From NCBI GenBank assembly GCA_026387835.1, contig JAPLKZ010000003.1:9573-29228 (forward strand): a stretch of 19,656 nucleotides of DNA. Reading direction: 5' to 3'. Within the stretch, counting starts at the first letter, position 1. Each line of letters begins with the position of its first letter. This document shows positions 17,086 through 19,656 of the stretch, piece by piece. Both the position numbers and the translations under genes were made by a program. The DNA comes from Candidatus Saganbacteria bacterium (GTDB taxonomy: Bacteria > Margulisbacteria > WOR-1 > JAKLHX01). The notes under the pieces were generated by a model. That model searched no databases. It was not told where the DNA came from and worked only from the letters and a program-made list of their open reading frames with translations.

Positions 17086-18477
17086 ATGGAGACAGCGTGT
17101 TCACCGAAAGATCGAATGAGTGCTAAAATTATAGAAATGAAAGAGCCGCTAAAAAAAGACCTCAAATACAACTGGCACCCGTATACCCAGATGAAGGACC
17201 ACGAGACGCTTCCGCCGATATTCATAAAAAAAGCAAAAGGTATCAAGCTTTTTGATGATAATGGCACCTGGTATTATGACACGATCTCAAGCTGGTGGTG
17301 CAATGTCCACGGCCACAACCATCCTCATATCACCAAAGCTGTCAATAAGCAGCTCAAGAAGCTTGACCACGTACCTTTTGCCGGATTCACGCACGAGCCG
17401 GCAATAAAATTATCGGAGAAGTTAATATCGATCGCTCCGAAAGGGCTGACCAGGGTTTTTTATTCGGATAACGGTTCCACTGCTGTTGAAACCGCCGTAA
17501 AGATGTCGCTGCAGTACTGGAACAATATAAGGCGTCCAAAAAAGAATAAGTTCGTTCATCTTGATCTAGGATACCACGGTGATACTGCAGGAACTATGAG
17601 CCTCGGTGGCGTTGATATTTTTAATAAAGTATTCACTCCTTTGTTCTTCAAGTCATACAAGGTCCCCACGCCTTATTGTTACAGGTGCCCGGTGAAGAAG
17701 GAAAGAAAGGACTGTGCGATAGAATGTATAAAGCCGCTTGAAAAGCTTTTAGAAGAAAAAAACAAAGAAATCAGTGCTTTCATAATAGAACCGATGGTCC
17801 TCGGCGCGGCGGGGATGATAATCTATCCCGTTGAATACCTGAAGAAAGCTTATAAGTTATGCAAAAAATACAATGTCCATTTTATCGCGGATGAAGTCGC
17901 CTCCGGTTTCGGAAGGACCGGAAAGATGTTCGCCTGTGAATGGGCGGGCATAAGCCCCGATTTTCTCTGTTTGTCAAAAGGGCTGACATCAGGGATACTG
18001 CCTCTTGCGGCGACATTGACGACAAGAAAAGTCTACAAAGCTTTTTATTCCGATTTTAAGGACAGGAAAACCTTTTATCACGGCCATACCTTTACGGCGA
18101 ACCCGACAGGATGTTCTGTCGCGCTCGCAAGCCTTGAGATATTTGATAAAGAAAAGACCTTAAAAAACGTTAAAAATATTTCAAAACAATTATCTCAGGC
18201 CGTTAAAAAGTTCAAAGTCTTGCCGTTTGCGGGGGATATAAGGACAATAGGTTCGATATTTGCCATAGAGCTGGTAAAAGACAAACGCACAAAAGAGCCG
18301 TTCAGGTTTGAAGACAGGGTGGGATATAAGATCTATAAAGAAGGTTTAAAACATAATCTGATACTCAGGCCGATAGGGGACGTTATATATTTATTTTTGC
18401 CGCTTTCGACGGATAGCGCCCGATTAAATGAAATATTGGCCAAAACAAGGCGGGTTTTAGCTTTTTATGACCGATAA
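17086..18477 (+). CDS. bioA: Adenosylmethionine-8-amino-7-oxononanoate aminotransferase
   Basis: WHPYTQMKDHETLPPIFIKKAKGIKLFDDNGTWYYDTISSWWCNVHGHNHP and LSKGLTSGILPLAATLTT (PLP Lys) are diagnostic of BioA. The true start may be 17116 or 17137. Confidence 0.94.
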   Translation: METACSPKDRMSAKIIEMKEPLKKDLKYNWHPYTQMKDHETLPPIFIKKAKGIKLFDDNGTWYYDTISSWWCNVHGHNHPHITKAVNKQLKKLDHVPFAGFTHEPAIKLSEKLISIAPKGLTRVFYSDNGSTAVETAVKMSLQYWNNIRRPKKNKFVHLDLGYHGDTAGTMSLGGVDIFNKVFTPLFFKSYKVPTPYCYRCPVKKERKDCAIECIKPLEKLLEEKNKEISAFIIEPMVLGAAGMIIYPVEYLKKAYKLCKKYNVHFIADEVASGFGRTGKMFACEWAGISPDFLCLSKGLTSGILPLAATLTTRKVYKAFYSDFKDRKTFYHGHTFTANPTGCSVALASLEIFDKEKTLKNVKNISKQLSQAVKKFKVLPFAGDIRTIGSIFAIELVKDKRTKEPFRFEDRVGYKIYKEGLKHNLILRPIGDVIYLFLPLSTDSARLNEILAKTRRVLAFYDR

Positions 18478-18514
18478 ACAATAATTTCCCTCTAAAAGAG
18501 AGTATAATAAATAT

Positions 18515-18757
18515 ATGGACACAAAAGATCCTCAAACCGATGAAAGTAAGATGAGCACCAAACAATTCGTAAGATGGTACAACGACAACGTTCCCGAAGA
18601 TTTTCCCAAAAGTTCCGTCGAATCGATGGATGATTTCAAGAAAAAACATCACGGCCTTTTCAGGGGCCGCCGCAAATGGCAGATAGACAGGCACAGGAAA
18701 CATGTTATGAACTGGCTGTTTATCAGAAAAAGCCTGGAAGCTATAAGTTCTAACTGA
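18515..18757 (+). CDS. Small hypothetical protein (80 aa)
   Basis: MDTKDPQTDESKMSTKQFVRWYNDNVPEDFPKSSVESMDDFKKKHHGLFRGRRKWQIDRHRKHVMNWLFIRKSLEAISSN. Followed by a terminator hairpin. No clear RBS; the alternative start is MSTKQF. Confidence 0.5.
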   Translation: MDTKDPQTDESKMSTKQFVRWYNDNVPEDFPKSSVESMDDFKKKHHGLFRGRRKWQIDRHRKHVMNWLFIRKSLEAISSN

Positions 18758-18779
18758 CCGCAAAACATTTTCGCAAATA

Positions 18780-18806
18780 AAAAAGGAAGGCAATGCCTTC
18801 CTTTTT
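18780..18806. terminator. Bidirectional rho-independent terminator
   Basis: AAAAAGGAAGGC-AAT-GCCTTCCTTTTT perfect stem, followed by T-rich sequence in both directions (TTTTTGTTTT on +, TTTTTTTATTT on -). Confidence 0.85.
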
Positions 18807-18964
18807 GTTTTCTCTTCAAAACTAGACAGGGATTATATGGCTTGGTCCGCTTCCCAGCGGACAGACCGTTATTAAGCAATACAAAATCGCCTAAGAGATC
18901 GCAAGTCAAAGGATCTTGTCGCTTCCTAAAAGTGACCTTGATCCAAGACCGGTGTTCTCCTTAG

Positions 18965-19656
<692 letters not shown>

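Overview
Bacterial chromosomal fragment. The lineage is not determined here. The left part carries a homospermidine synthase (minus strand, runs off the edge), an APC-type permease (minus), a thioredoxin-type arsenate reductase/LMW phosphatase, and a divergent, enlarged nucleoside-diphosphate-kinase-like protein. Next comes a compact biotin operon: bioB, bioF, a BioH-like hydrolase, bioC, bioD. The remaining biotin gene, bioA, lies about 8 kb downstream beside a minus-strand dihydrolipoamide dehydrogenase. Between bioD and these genes is a tightly packed six-gene cassette: GHMP kinase, NDP-sugar-type nucleotidyltransferase with a left-handed beta-helix tail, HAD phosphatase, radical SAM enzyme with a Cys-rich C-terminus, Gfo/Idh/MocA oxidoreductase and GalE-like epimerase. 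It looks like an uncharacterised activated-sugar or cyclitol pathway. The right end holds the 3' part of a 16S rRNA gene (minus strand). It is followed by only ~160 bp and a bidirectional terminator hairpin, with no tRNA or 23S, which suggests an unlinked 16S gene. The strongest leads are the cassette, the NDK-like protein, the unlinked 16S and a symmetric AATGACTAAT repeat element embedded in the end of bioB. No CRISPR array or recognisable transposase/integrase was found.
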